Shown here: positions 42,692 through 53,267 of the stretch, in pieces
Layout of the letters: each line of letters begins with the position of its first letter
Numbering within the stretch: the first letter of the stretch is position 1
Virus record (IMG/VR): IMGVR_UViG_3300044825_000698
Location: 35,045 to 99,044 of that record
Reading direction: 5' to 3' (one strand)
DNA length: 64,000 nt
Source of the DNA: a virus
Translations under genes and position numbers: made by a program
Notes under the pieces: generated by a model
The model's input: only the letters and a program-made list of their open reading frames with translations
Database searches by the model: none
Told to the model about the DNA's origin: nothing

Positions 42692-43402
42692 ATGTCCACC
42701 ATCACCACCACCCTCGTGACCCCTGCGGTCACCCTCTCACCCGTCGAGGCCACCGTCACCTCGGCCAAGAAACTGACCCAGGCCGAGCGCACCGTCGCAT
42801 CGGCGTTCGCACACTGGGCCAGCGTGTCCGATCAGGCCGACGAGGCCACCCTGCTCCTGACCGTTCACCTGCTCGCCAACGAGAGCGTGTCGGCTCGCCG
42901 TGCGTCCGAACTCGCCACCGAGGTGCTGGGCACCAGCCGTGGCTGGTCCAAGGACAAGGTCACCGCCGTTCGCTGGACCGCTCCCGTGTGGGAGTTGCTG
43001 GCCTCGCCCGATCACCAGGCCGACGACTACCTGCTCGACGAGGATGGCGAGCGTCTGACCGTGGCCGACCTCATCTCCGAGGTTCGTACCATCGCCAGCG
43101 TCATCGGCTCGGCCAAGGTCCGTGAGGCTCTCGCCAGCGTCGACGAGCCGTCGGTCGTGGCATACATCTCGGCCCTGCGTGACGCTCGGGATGCCAAGGC
43201 TCTCGGTGCCGAGAACACGCCCCCGGCAGGCGACGAGGCCGACGACGAGGCCGAGGCCGAGGCCGAGACCAAGTCGGGCTGGACCCTCGACCACGCCCTC
43301 GCCACGGCCATCGCCAAGGCTCGCAAGGAGGGCATCTCGGATGCCGACATTCTCGCATCGTTCGCCCTGGCGGTCACGACCCTCAACACGGAGGGTGTGT
43401 GA
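42692..43402 (+). CDS. Hypothetical early protein
   Basis: GAAAGG RBS; high GC at third codon positions. Confidence 0.7.
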   Translation: MSTITTTLVTPAVTLSPVEATVTSAKKLTQAERTVASAFAHWASVSDQADEATLLLTVHLLANESVSARRASELATEVLGTSRGWSKDKVTAVRWTAPVWELLASPDHQADDYLLDEDGERLTVADLISEVRTIASVIGSAKVREALASVDEPSVVAYISALRDARDAKALGAENTPPAGDEADDEAEAEAETKSGWTLDHALATAIAKARKEGISDADILASFALAVTTLNTEGV

Positions 43403-43542
43403 CCGTCAGCGGTCCGGGCCGGGCCGTGGTCTCCCCCTACCACGGCTCGGCTCATCCATCGCCCTGTCTCAGCGTGAGACACGGCCTCGGCGCAACCGTC
43501 GCCGTGTCCCATCACCACCAACCGACCCAGGAGATCACCGCC

Positions 43543-43773
43543 ATGTCCATCGACTATTCGACACCCGAGTTTCCTGCCGACGAGTTTCCGCCCGACTACA
43601 ACTTCTCGGCCCTGTACAGCCTGTTCGTCGCCCATGTCGCCCTGCTCGACCCGAACGACGAGCAAGGCGTGGAGTGGCTTCTGACCCAGGCCCGTGGCCT
43701 GTGTCGGCGGTACTTCGTGGCCGAGTCGTACGTCGAGTCCACCGCCAACGAGTTCGTCGACCGCATCCTCTGA
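43543..43773 (+). CDS. Hypothetical protein
   Basis: AGGAG RBS. Confidence 0.65.
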   Translation: MSIDYSTPEFPADEFPPDYNFSALYSLFVAHVALLDPNDEQGVEWLLTQARGLCRRYFVAESYVESTANEFVDRIL

Positions 43774-43813
43774 CCCGTCTCACTCTGAGACACCAACCAC
43801 CAAGGAGACCACC

Positions 43814-44086
43814 ATGCGTTATGTAGTAATCGCCAGCGTTACCATCACCGACGAGTGGGGCTGGCGCACCACCCGGCAGGTGCCGACCTTCCTGGTCTAC
43901 GCCTGCTCCAAGACCAACGCCGAGACCATCGCCCTCGATGTTGTCTCGTCGGCTCAGGGCAACACTCGGGCCACCTACTCGGTCGAGGTCGCACTCGACG
44001 AGGGTCCGTTGTCCGAGTTGGTCGCCAGCGAACCCAGCACCGACCGCATCCTGGCCGAGGCCCGTGCGCTCGGGTACGAGGTCTGA
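43814..44086 (+). CDS. Hypothetical protein
   Basis: AAGGAG RBS. Confidence 0.65.
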   Translation: MRYVVIASVTITDEWGWRTTRQVPTFLVYACSKTNAETIALDVVSSAQGNTRATYSVEVALDEGPLSELVASEPSTDRILAEARALGYEV

Positions 44087-44180
44087 CCGTCTCATGCTGA
44101 GACACGGCTCCGTCGCAACCGGGGCTGTGTCCAGCAGTGCCACACCCACCTGTTAGCCTCTCTAATCGAAAGGAACCACC

Positions 44181-44909
44181 ATGCCCATCACACCGCCCAG
44201 CCCACGCCAACTCGACTACATCCGCACCCTCGTCACCGAGCGTGTCCAGGCCATCACGGCCCTGGCCGACGACGAACGCAAGCGTCTGCTGTCTCAGCCT
44301 GAGACAACCAGGGATGCGTCGAACCTGATCGACCGCCTGCGTCGACTGCCTGCCGACCCCAAGCAGGTCGACGCTGGTGCCCAGGCCAAGATCGACGGTC
44401 TCGTGGCCGTGCTCGATCAACTCGATGCCCGTGACCGTTCGTTCGCCAGCGACCTCGTACGGTCGTTCAGGCAACGGGGCGACCTGTCCGAACGCCAGTG
44501 GCCGTGGGTCGAACGGCTCACCGCCAAGGCCACGGCTCCCAAGGTCGAGCCTGCCGAGCCGGGCCTCTACATGGTCGACGGGAACATCGTCAAGGTGTAC
44601 CTGACGCAGAACCGCAGGCTCGCCACCAAGGTGCTCCACGCCAACGGCTCGCACGGCTCGTTCTCGTACTCACCGGGCTGGCTCGCCAAGGTGCGCCCCG
44701 AGCATCGGCTCACCGAGGAGCAGGCCCGTGCGTTCGGCAAGCAACACGGCTTCTGCTGTGCGTGTGCGCTCGATCTCGATGACGACCGTTCGCTGGCGGT
44801 CGGCTACGGCCCGGTCTGTGCCAAGCGGTACGGCTGGTTCTACCCATCGGCCAAGCAGGCCAGCGAGATGCTCAACCGTCCCGTCGATCTAGCAACCGTC
44901 TCAGCCTGA
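44181..44909 (+). CDS. DUF6011 domain protein
   Basis: C-terminal CCAC...L.D..S...GYGPVCA. Confidence 0.75.
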   Translation: MPITPPSPRQLDYIRTLVTERVQAITALADDERKRLLSQPETTRDASNLIDRLRRLPADPKQVDAGAQAKIDGLVAVLDQLDARDRSFASDLVRSFRQRGDLSERQWPWVERLTAKATAPKVEPAEPGLYMVDGNIVKVYLTQNRRLATKVLHANGSHGSFSYSPGWLAKVRPEHRLTEEQARAFGKQHGFCCACALDLDDDRSLAVGYGPVCAKRYGWFYPSAKQASEMLNRPVDLATVSA

Positions 44910-44933
44910 GACACTCAACAAGGAGAACCACCA

Positions 44934-46478
44934 ATGACCATCATCGACACCAAGACCATCGTCGAAGACGATGCCATTCGTCTCTACTACGAACTGTCAC
45001 GCAAGTTCGGTTGGCAGGGGACATTCTTCACCCGTGGTGATGCCAGGGACTCGTGGGAGAACTACCACGAGCAGACCAAGCCGTTCACCGACGAAGTGTG
45101 GGAGACCGTGCGTCAGTCGTACTACTGGCGCAGGGCGTTGCCCGACAACCTGACAGCCGAGGGACTGAGCATCGTCAACGATGCTGTGTCCGAAGCCATC
45201 TACCCTGTCTCAGCCTGAGACACCAACGAAAGGAACAGCAATGACCACCACCATCACCATTCCCGTCGAGATCGAGAACCTGCTCGACTCGATTCTGTAC
45301 GCCGGGGCGTTCTCGACTTACTCCTGGTATTCACACCTCGCCGTCGCCAATGACGGTCGCCGGGCCTCGGTCGGCATCTACACCAACGAGGGACACACGG
45401 CCACGGTCAGTCGTATTCTCGACGCTCGCACCCTGGCCGAGACCATCGAGCGCATCGTCAGTGAACGACTGCTCGGATGGCAGGATGTGCTCCACGGTGC
45501 TCGCAACGACGACTTCGATGCCAACTCGGCTGACACCGTGCTCCAAACCGCCGTGCTCGGCAAGGTGGTGTGGGGCTGATGGCAACGCTCACCAACATCG
45601 ACAAGCCCTGCCGTGGTCGTGACTGCGACCAGCAGGCCAGCGTCTACGCCATCGACCCAGCCCCCGATGGCTGGGGCGACTGGTACTGCGACGACTGCCA
45701 GCCCAGCAACTGGTGGGTCATCGACACCATCGAACGAGTGTCTCAGCATGAGACAGAGGGAGACAAGTAATGGAAGCGAGTGATGTCGTTGCCCTGGACT
45801 GGCTACACAGCCTGTTTCAGGAACTGGAAGATCAGGGAGTGGAGTTGCCGATGGGCGACTACCACTATGTGTACGGACTCATTGAGAACATCAGAGACAG
45901 GGAGAGCAAGTAATGGAAACCAAGACCTACACCGTCGACATGACCATCCGTGTCTATGTCGAAGCAACCTCGGACGCAGAGGCACAGGCCAAGGCCGTGG
46001 ACCTCTACGCAGGGTGGTCGCCCGATGGCATCGGGCAGTACGGGAATGTCCTTTCCCGTGAAGGAATGTGGTACCTGTGCGAGCACGGCGACGAGACCGA
46101 TGCTCAGGTATGGGACCCCTACAACAAGGAGAGTGTCTGAACATGGGAGCCAACTTCGCCCACGACCTCGCCAACGAGGACTTCGGTCTGTCGTTGGAGC
46201 AGGCCGTCACCATCCACCTCACGGCCAACCATTACCCGGCTGTGCCGACGATCATGGTGCCGGTGTGTGTCCAGGCCATCACCTGCGCTGACGGTGGTGC
46301 GTGGGACGACCTCGTAACCCTGCCCGATGGTGTCTCATACCGAGACAGCAACAAGGCTCCGGCCTACGCCATCATCGAGGCGTACCACCTCGGTGCGTTC
46401 CTCAGCGACGACGAGGACTACAACGACTACGGGTGTGGTAAGTGGGGATGCCAAGAGTGCTACCCCGATGCGGAGTAG
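44934..46478 (+). CDS. Run of six small hypothetical genes (44934-45218, 45241-45579, 45579-45770, 45770-45913, 45913-46140, 46143-46478)
   Basis: RBSs and overlapping stop/start codons. Confidence 0.6.
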
Positions 46479-46562
46479 TGACAAACTTCACAAAGAGGGT
46501 CCGTCATTATGCCCTCTAATGCCCCTACACTGACCTCTGTTATCCATCAGAAAGGAACCACC

Positions 46563-48014
46563 ATGACCAGCGTCGAGGACTTCCTCGCCAACCTTGGCAA
46601 GACCACGCCAGCACCAGCACCTGTCGTGCGTCAGCCCGTCGCCGTGCCCACGCTCGCCCTGCCGTTGCTCCCGTACCAGCAGGAGGCCGTGCGGTTCGCC
46701 CTCGGTCGTAGCGAGTCGTACCTCGCTCTCGACATGGGCCTCGGCAAGACGGCGTGCGCCATCGCCATCGCCGTGGCCTCGCTGTCTCAGAATGAGACAC
46801 CGCTCGTCGTGGTGCCCCCGTCGCTCCGCACGAACTGGGTGCGTGAGTTCCACAAGTTCGCACCGAGCGTGCGTGTGGCCGTGCTCTCGGGCACCAAGCC
46901 CCACGCCCTGCCGACCGCCGATGTCTACATCATCGGTGACTCGACGGTTCAGCACTGGGCACCGTCGCTCGTGGGCCAGGTCGATGCGATCATCGTCGAC
47001 GAGGCGCACCGCCACAAGAACCCCGATGCCAAGCGTGCCAAGGCTCTCAAAGACATCGCTCGCACCCTGTCGGGCGTGCGTGTGCTGATGAGCGGTACGC
47101 CCACGCCCAACGGTCGCCACGCCGAGTTGCCTGCTCAGGTCGAGATACTCGGCCCGACCGCATGGGACGAGATCGGTGGCAAGGGCAAGTTCTGGAACCA
47201 CTTCTGCCCCAAGGTCGACCAGTGGTCCCGTGGCAACGCCTACACCGAGGAACTCCACGACCTGCTCCACGGTTCGTGGATGCTTCGCAAGCGTCGTGGT
47301 GAGGTGCTCGATCTCCCCAACAAGGGACGCTCGGGCCTCCACATCGAGGGCCGTGGCACCGCTGTCCGCAAGTACATCCAGGCCGAGGAAGACCTGATCT
47401 CGTTCCTCCACGGCGAGGGTCGTTCGTGGGAGGGCGCACAGAAAGCAGAGGCTCTCGTCAAACTCACCACGCTCCGTCATCTCGCTGGCGAGGCCAAGGT
47501 CGAGGCCGTGGCCGAGCACATCATCGACCTGCTCGACGAGCCGGGCGGTGTGTTCGTCGTGGCCGAGCACCACGATGTCATGGACAGGCTGGCCGACCGT
47601 CTGCTCAAACACGGTGTGGCAACCATCCGTGGTGGCATGACGGATGCTCAGAAGACCGAGGCCGTCGATGCGTTCACGAGCGGTAAGAAGCGTGTTCTTA
47701 TCGGTCAGGTCATCTCGGCAGGCGTGGGCCTCACGCTCCACGGCAACGGCATCAACCACCGTGTCGTGTTCGCTCAACTCCCGTGGACCCCGGCTGATCT
47801 TCGCCAGGCCGAGGACCGCCTCCATCGCATCGGGCAGACGCACGATGTCAGCGTCGAGGTGACCCTCTGCTCCATCGACGGTCGCTGGACCATCGACGAG
47901 CGTCTGTGGGGTCTGCTGGAAAGCAAGGCCGACTCGACTGGCCGTCTCATCGATGGCGAGGCCGAGGTGTTGCTCGACGACATCGTCGGAGGTGTGCTCG
48001 ACACCTACCGCTGA
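46563..48014 (+). CDS. SNF2 / HARP-like SF2 helicase
   Basis: LLPYQ, DMGLGKT, IIVDEAH, MSGTP, GVGLTL, QAEDRLHRIGQ. Confidence 0.92.
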   Translation: MTSVEDFLANLGKTTPAPAPVVRQPVAVPTLALPLLPYQQEAVRFALGRSESYLALDMGLGKTACAIAIAVASLSQNETPLVVVPPSLRTNWVREFHKFAPSVRVAVLSGTKPHALPTADVYIIGDSTVQHWAPSLVGQVDAIIVDEAHRHKNPDAKRAKALKDIARTLSGVRVLMSGTPTPNGRHAELPAQVEILGPTAWDEIGGKGKFWNHFCPKVDQWSRGNAYTEELHDLLHGSWMLRKRRGEVLDLPNKGRSGLHIEGRGTAVRKYIQAEEDLISFLHGEGRSWEGAQKAEALVKLTTLRHLAGEAKVEAVAEHIIDLLDEPGGVFVVAEHHDVMDRLADRLLKHGVATIRGGMTDAQKTEAVDAFTSGKKRVLIGQVISAGVGLTLHGNGINHRVVFAQLPWTPADLRQAEDRLHRIGQTHDVSVEVTLCSIDGRWTIDERLWGLLESKADSTGRLIDGEAEVLLDDIVGGVLDTYR

Positions 48015-48049
48015 TGTCTCAGCCTGAGACATAACAAAGGAGAACCACC

Positions 48050-48190
48050 ATGCCCGAACAACTGATCTGTGACCTCTGTGGTGAGGAGACACACGGCGAC
48101 ACCTCCGAGATGTTCACCGTGCTCACCAACAAGGGCACACGCACCGAGCGTCATTGTTTCGACTGCGACCCACCGGACGAGGACGACTAA
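48050..48190 (+). CDS. Small Zn-finger protein
   Basis: Manually translated CDLC...CFDC; strong RBS. Confidence 0.5.
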   Translation: MPEQLICDLCGEETHGDTSEMFTVLTNKGTRTERHCFDCDPPDEDD

Positions 48191-48283
48191 CCCTGCCACA
48201 CCCCCCTGTTACCGTCTCATAGTGAGACAAGACAGCGTGCCAACCGTGCGTCTGTCCAAACCACCAAACAAAGGAGAACCACC

Positions 48284-48847
48284 ATGCCCAACCATTGTCT
48301 GAACTTCACTACCGTCACCGGCCCTGTCGATGACATCCAGCGTTTCTATGACGCTGTGCTCGTCCCCGATGAGGACATCAACGAGAACACCACCGACTGC
48401 TTCTGCCTGGCCCGTCTGTTCCCTATCCCTGAAGATCAGGTAGGCCGGTCGTACTGGTGGTGCGTCGAGAACTGGGGCACCAAGTGGGGCGACTACAACT
48501 ACCTCACGGGTGACGACGATGACATCTGGCAAGCCCCGGACACCCTGTCGTTCTCGTACCACACCGCCTACGCACCGTTCAGCGAGAACTTCTGGCAGAA
48601 AGTCACCAGCGACTGGCCGACGCTGTACTTCACCACCTCGTACCAAGAGGAGGGCATTGGTGTGCTCGGTGCGATAGCCGCTTCCGATGGCCTGGTCGAG
48701 GTGAACGACACCGAGTACCCCGAGTTCGACGGGCCGTTCGACGGCGACGAGTACCTCGACTTCATCGACGAGGTCGACCGTCTACGCAACGAGGCGTGCG
48801 ACACCGTCATCGAGATGCTCGACGCACGACTGGAGGTGAACAAGTGA
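48284..48847 (+). CDS. YubB/DUF1281-like ferredoxin-fold protein
   Basis: MPNHCLN...WCVENWGTKW...HTAYAP. Confidence 0.75.
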   Translation: MPNHCLNFTTVTGPVDDIQRFYDAVLVPDEDINENTTDCFCLARLFPIPEDQVGRSYWWCVENWGTKWGDYNYLTGDDDDIWQAPDTLSFSYHTAYAPFSENFWQKVTSDWPTLYFTTSYQEEGIGVLGAIAASDGLVEVNDTEYPEFDGPFDGDEYLDFIDEVDRLRNEACDTVIEMLDARLEVNK

Positions 48848-51705
48848 TGGCCGATTACAACGGATGGGCCAACCACGCCACATGGAATGTGGCCCTGTGG
48901 CTCAACAACGACGAGGGTCTGTACCGACTCGCCCGTGAGTACACCAGGCGTGCTCGCAATGTTCGGTACGAAGACTTCGTGAACCAGTACCTCGTCGAGG
49001 ACTCGTACGCCACGCCTGACGGTGTCGCCTGGCTCGGTGACGAACTCGACTACGACGCTCTCGACGAGATGCTCGTCGAGTTAGGAGAGTGACAATGACC
49101 AACAACTACACGACCGCTCTACGCCGTGTGCGAGAGCAACTGCCTGCCAGCGACCGCAAGTACACACGGGCGCAGATCAGAGAGGTCATCACCATCGCTG
49201 AGGCTCGCTACCCCGAGGCGCACAATGTCGACTGGCGTTGTGCGTTCTTGGAGGGTGTGCTTCTCGCTTACTCCGGTGCCATCGTCTTCGGTGGCGTGGC
49301 AACCGCCAGCCGTGGATGGAACGACGCTCTGTTCGCAGGGGTCGCACTTGGCGAGGCCATGTACGACGATGAGCACGAGATCATGTACGACGACGAGGGT
49401 TACGACTACTACGAGGAGGACCAATGACCAACGAAGACTGGAAAGCCATCGCTGACGACATCTACCACGCCGTGTGGCACAACATCCACTGGTGTGAGTG
49501 CCGAGAGAAGTACGCCCTGCCCGAGTACCGGGCGTGGCGCAACGACACTAACGGGGCGATGCCCCCATCACCGATGTTCACCGACCTCTGCCCTCGATGC
49601 CGTGCGGTCGCTCGATACGAGCGAGTCGCCTGCTCCGAGGAGTGGAACAAGACGCTCGACGAGATCGAGATCAAAGCATTAGGAAAGGTAACCACCCGTT
49701 AGACAGTGTGACGAAGTTCACACAAAGCATCCACCACTTTGCCCAAACAGGGCCGTAGACTGAACCACACAGCAAGCAAGTGTCTCACCGTGAGACACAG
49801 AAAGGAAACCACCATGACACCCATCATCGACAAGTACGAGAACGAGTGCCAGTTGTACGCCGAGTCGCTGAGGTCCAACCTCACCGACATTCTCAACCGC
49901 TTACAGAGTCTGTTGGACGACACACGAGTGTTCAGCACCTTGGCTACCGCCCAGCGCATCGCCCGTAGTGCTGGGTCGTGTGGTCCCATCGGCTCTCTGT
50001 GGGAGTCGGCGGTGGCGAACGCCAGCCACCTCGTCGCTCTCCACAAAGTGCTGGAAGACCTGAAGACCGAGGCTCTCCTGCGAACCATCGAAGAACAGGA
50101 GGTCTGACCATGCCGAACCTGAGGACCGCTTACCTCGTCATGTGCGAGGAGTGCGGTCGAGTGTTCGACCTCGTCAACCAAGACGACGAGGCCGACTGGG
50201 CACTCGGCCATGACTGTGAAGACAACGAGGAGGAACAATGACCAAGCCGAAGATCAACACCTTCCCGGCCACGCCGGGGTACATCGAATGGTGTGAGGCC
50301 AACGGCCTCGACCCCAACGACGAGAACAACCAAGACTCATACTCCGAGTGGAAAGCGAACAACCGATGACCATCATCAACGACCTGACCTGCCTGCGCTG
50401 TGGGGCGCACGGACCTGACATCCAGTTCCCGATCTTCCCACTCTCGGGCGCACCGTTTGGCTCGGTCTGCGTGGACTGCGATCACCAGTCACCGTGGTCC
50501 GAGCGACCGCTCGCCTGCGTCGACTGCGAGATCGAACTCGACGAGACCGAGGCGTGGGGCAACCGCAAGTACGGCGACCCTCGATGCGAGGACTGCCACC
50601 AACAGAACGAAGGAGACAACGAATGAACCCGACACAGACCAAGCACTTCGACATCACCATGGACAAGCCTGAGGCGTACATCGTGTCCCTCAAAGTCAAC
50701 GGTGAGGCCGTTGTCCTAGTGAGGCTTGAGAGAAACGCAGACGGCTCTCTCGATCTCAATGTGTTTGAGACGGCGAACGACGACATGGAGATCGCCAACA
50801 CCTACCCCGAGTTCTTTCAGGAGGTGACCGCATGAACAAGGCCGTGCGTTACTGGGTCAGACGGCTCGTTATCTCGTTCCCGTTATGGCTCGCCCTGGTT
50901 CACGAGACCGACACTCGCCGGTTCGACAACGGACAGAGAGTGTTCGGTGACCACCAGGGCATGGTCCTGTGGGGACTGATGTTCATCCTGCTATGGGTCT
51001 CACTCGATCTGTATGTTCAGGACATGAGAGCGTCTCAGCGTGAGACAAAGGAGGAGCAATGAAAGAGAACTGGTACGACAAGTGGGAGGCCGACTACCTC
51101 GGCTCAGGCGACGAGCGCACAGTCTTTGAGCAGTGGTTCGTTGATACCCGTGGCAAGCAGTACGCCGACGACTCGTCGGACACAGACCTGCTCAACGAGT
51201 TCCGAGACACCCAGGTATGGGTGGACTCGTTCCTCGACTGGGCGTTCGTAATGGAAGCAGACCACCGCATCGAGCAATACGCAGAAGAAACAAGGAGCAA
51301 CCAATGACACACCTAATCATCCATCCCGGTACGGGAACCATCGTCAACTCCGACGAGTGCTGGTTCATCGACGCTAACGCTCTCCCCGAGGGCGTGGACA
51401 TCGAAGACCTCGCCTCGACCGAGTTGTTCGACATCCCCGAAGACATCCCGGCCACACCTAACACGGGGTTCTCTTACTCGGTGTCTGATCTCGATAAAGA
51501 CATCGAGGACGACATCTTCGTGAGCGACCACATCGAGTGGCTCAAAGCCCTGCCAGCCCACGAGCGTGAGTTCATCATTCAGAACGCCTTTCAGATCATG
51601 CTGAACCAGGTCGACTTCTGGAATGAGTGGTGGGACGCTCTCCGCTACTCGATCAGTCTGTCGAAGCGCATCAGCGAGACATCAGTCGAGGAGGAGCCGT
51701 TCTGA
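48847..51705 (+). CDS. Run of small hypothetical genes (48847-49092, 49089-49427, 49424-49702, 49814-50107, 50110-50241, 50366-50626, 50623-50835, 50832-51062, 51059-51307, 51304-51705)
   Basis: Coupled ORFs with RBSs; first contains YNGWANHATWNVALWL; several Cys-rich. Confidence 0.6.
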
Positions 51706-52000
51706 GACAACCAAGTGTGGTGAGGGGGTACGGCCTGTCAAGCCGTGTTCTCAAACTGCGTCGAAGTAGCGAAGCGTGATGCGAGCCGAGCCGAGGGCCA
51801 TCCCCGAGGCGATGAAGCCAGCCAGCCAGCCGAGTGAAACAGCAGGCGCAACCTCACCAACGTCATGCTGGACGGGCAAGCGTTCCAACCGTGCGCTCGT
51901 CCAGCGTGACAAACTTCACACAAAGCATCCGCCCGGTTTGACCAAACACCCCCTATCCTGGATAACAAGCAAGTCAGTCACACAAGAAAGGACCACCACA

Positions 52001-53251
52001 ATGACCACCGCCAAAGCCCTCCGTACCGGACTCCCGGTCATCATCAACGCAGGCCCGTACAAGGGTCTCAATGCCATCGTCGTCGATGCCACCGTCTTCC
52101 CTGACGGCCACGAGCATCAGCGCAAGGTCGTCGTCGACATCGACGGTGTCGGCCAGTCGTACATCATCCCCAAGCAACTCGACCTCGTCGGTCACGTCCG
52201 TCCGTCCGTCGCCCCGGTCGTGCCGTCCGTCCCCCGTGTCGAAGTGTCTCAGCGTGAGACGGTCTCGATCTCCGTCCCCACGAAGATCACCTCGCTCGAC
52301 GACCCGGCTCTCGACGAGTACCGCCCCCAGCGCAAGGGTCTCCTGCGTGAGTACGTCTCTCGTACGCTCGCTGGCGGTCACAAAGACATCGAGGTGCTGG
52401 CCTCGTACTGGGAGAACCGCCGTGACGGTTACGCCACCAACGTCGGCCTCGTGGGCGACACGCAGTCGGGCAAGACGATGCTCGTCGAAGTGATGTCTCA
52501 CGTCATCGCCAAGAAGATGGGCCTCAGCAAGCCCCTCCCGGTGTTCACCCTGTCGGGTTCGTCGGCCATCACCGACCACGACCTGTTCGGTCAGTACCGC
52601 CCGACGCTCGTCGATGGCGAGGAGCGCATCGTGTGGATGGAGGGTCTCGTTGCCCTCGCCTGCCGACTCGGTGGCATCCTGTACCTCGACGAGGTCAACG
52701 CCATGCCGGGCAACGTCACCTCGGCTCTCCACCCGGTGCTCGACGACCGTCGCCAGTTCGTCAACATCCGCAAGCCCGTCCCCGATGGACACGGCGGTTA
52801 CAAGCCCGAGGTCGTCAATGTCTCGACCGACCTGTGGGTGCTGTGTACCTACAACCCCGGCTACGCAGGCATGGCCAAGACCAACGAGGCGTTCGCCAAC
52901 CGCTTTGAGTGGCTCACGTGGGATTACGACGAGGAAGTCGAGAAGCGTCTTATCAAGTCCCCGGCCATCCGTCTGCTCGGCCAGGCTCTCCGTGTCGCTC
53001 GTGACAACCGAGCGGTGACGACTCCGGTCGGCACCTCGGCTCTCCAGCGACTGGAGCGCAACATCGCCAGCCTCGGCCTCGACTACGCCGTGTGGTCGTT
53101 CCTCGGTCAGTTCACCAGCAAGGCCGAGAAAGCCAAGGTCCAGTCCATCATCGACGAGCGTTCCATCTACGCAATGCTGGAAGCCGAGGTCGACGCAGAG
53201 TCCCGTGTCGAAGATGTCCAGCCGACCGACGAACCCATCAACTCACTCTGA
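52001..53251 (+). CDS. MoxR/CbbQ-type AAA+ ATPase
   Basis: GDTQSGKT, LYLDEVN, TYNPGYAG, AFANRF. Confidence 0.88.
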   Translation: MTTAKALRTGLPVIINAGPYKGLNAIVVDATVFPDGHEHQRKVVVDIDGVGQSYIIPKQLDLVGHVRPSVAPVVPSVPRVEVSQRETVSISVPTKITSLDDPALDEYRPQRKGLLREYVSRTLAGGHKDIEVLASYWENRRDGYATNVGLVGDTQSGKTMLVEVMSHVIAKKMGLSKPLPVFTLSGSSAITDHDLFGQYRPTLVDGEERIVWMEGLVALACRLGGILYLDEVNAMPGNVTSALHPVLDDRRQFVNIRKPVPDGHGGYKPEVVNVSTDLWVLCTYNPGYAGMAKTNEAFANRFEWLTWDYDEEVEKRLIKSPAIRLLGQALRVARDNRAVTTPVGTSALQRLERNIASLGLDYAVWSFLGQFTSKAEKAKVQSIIDERSIYAMLEAEVDAESRVEDVQPTDEPINSL

Positions 53252-53267
53252 TAAGAAAGGGATAACA

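Noticed and set aside
46488-48092. 534-aa minus-strand ORF and similar long ORFs (42737-43294, 43845-44654, 51974-52792)
   Set aside because: Antisense shadows of GC3-rich genes; the plus-strand frames carry the recognisable motifs and RBSs
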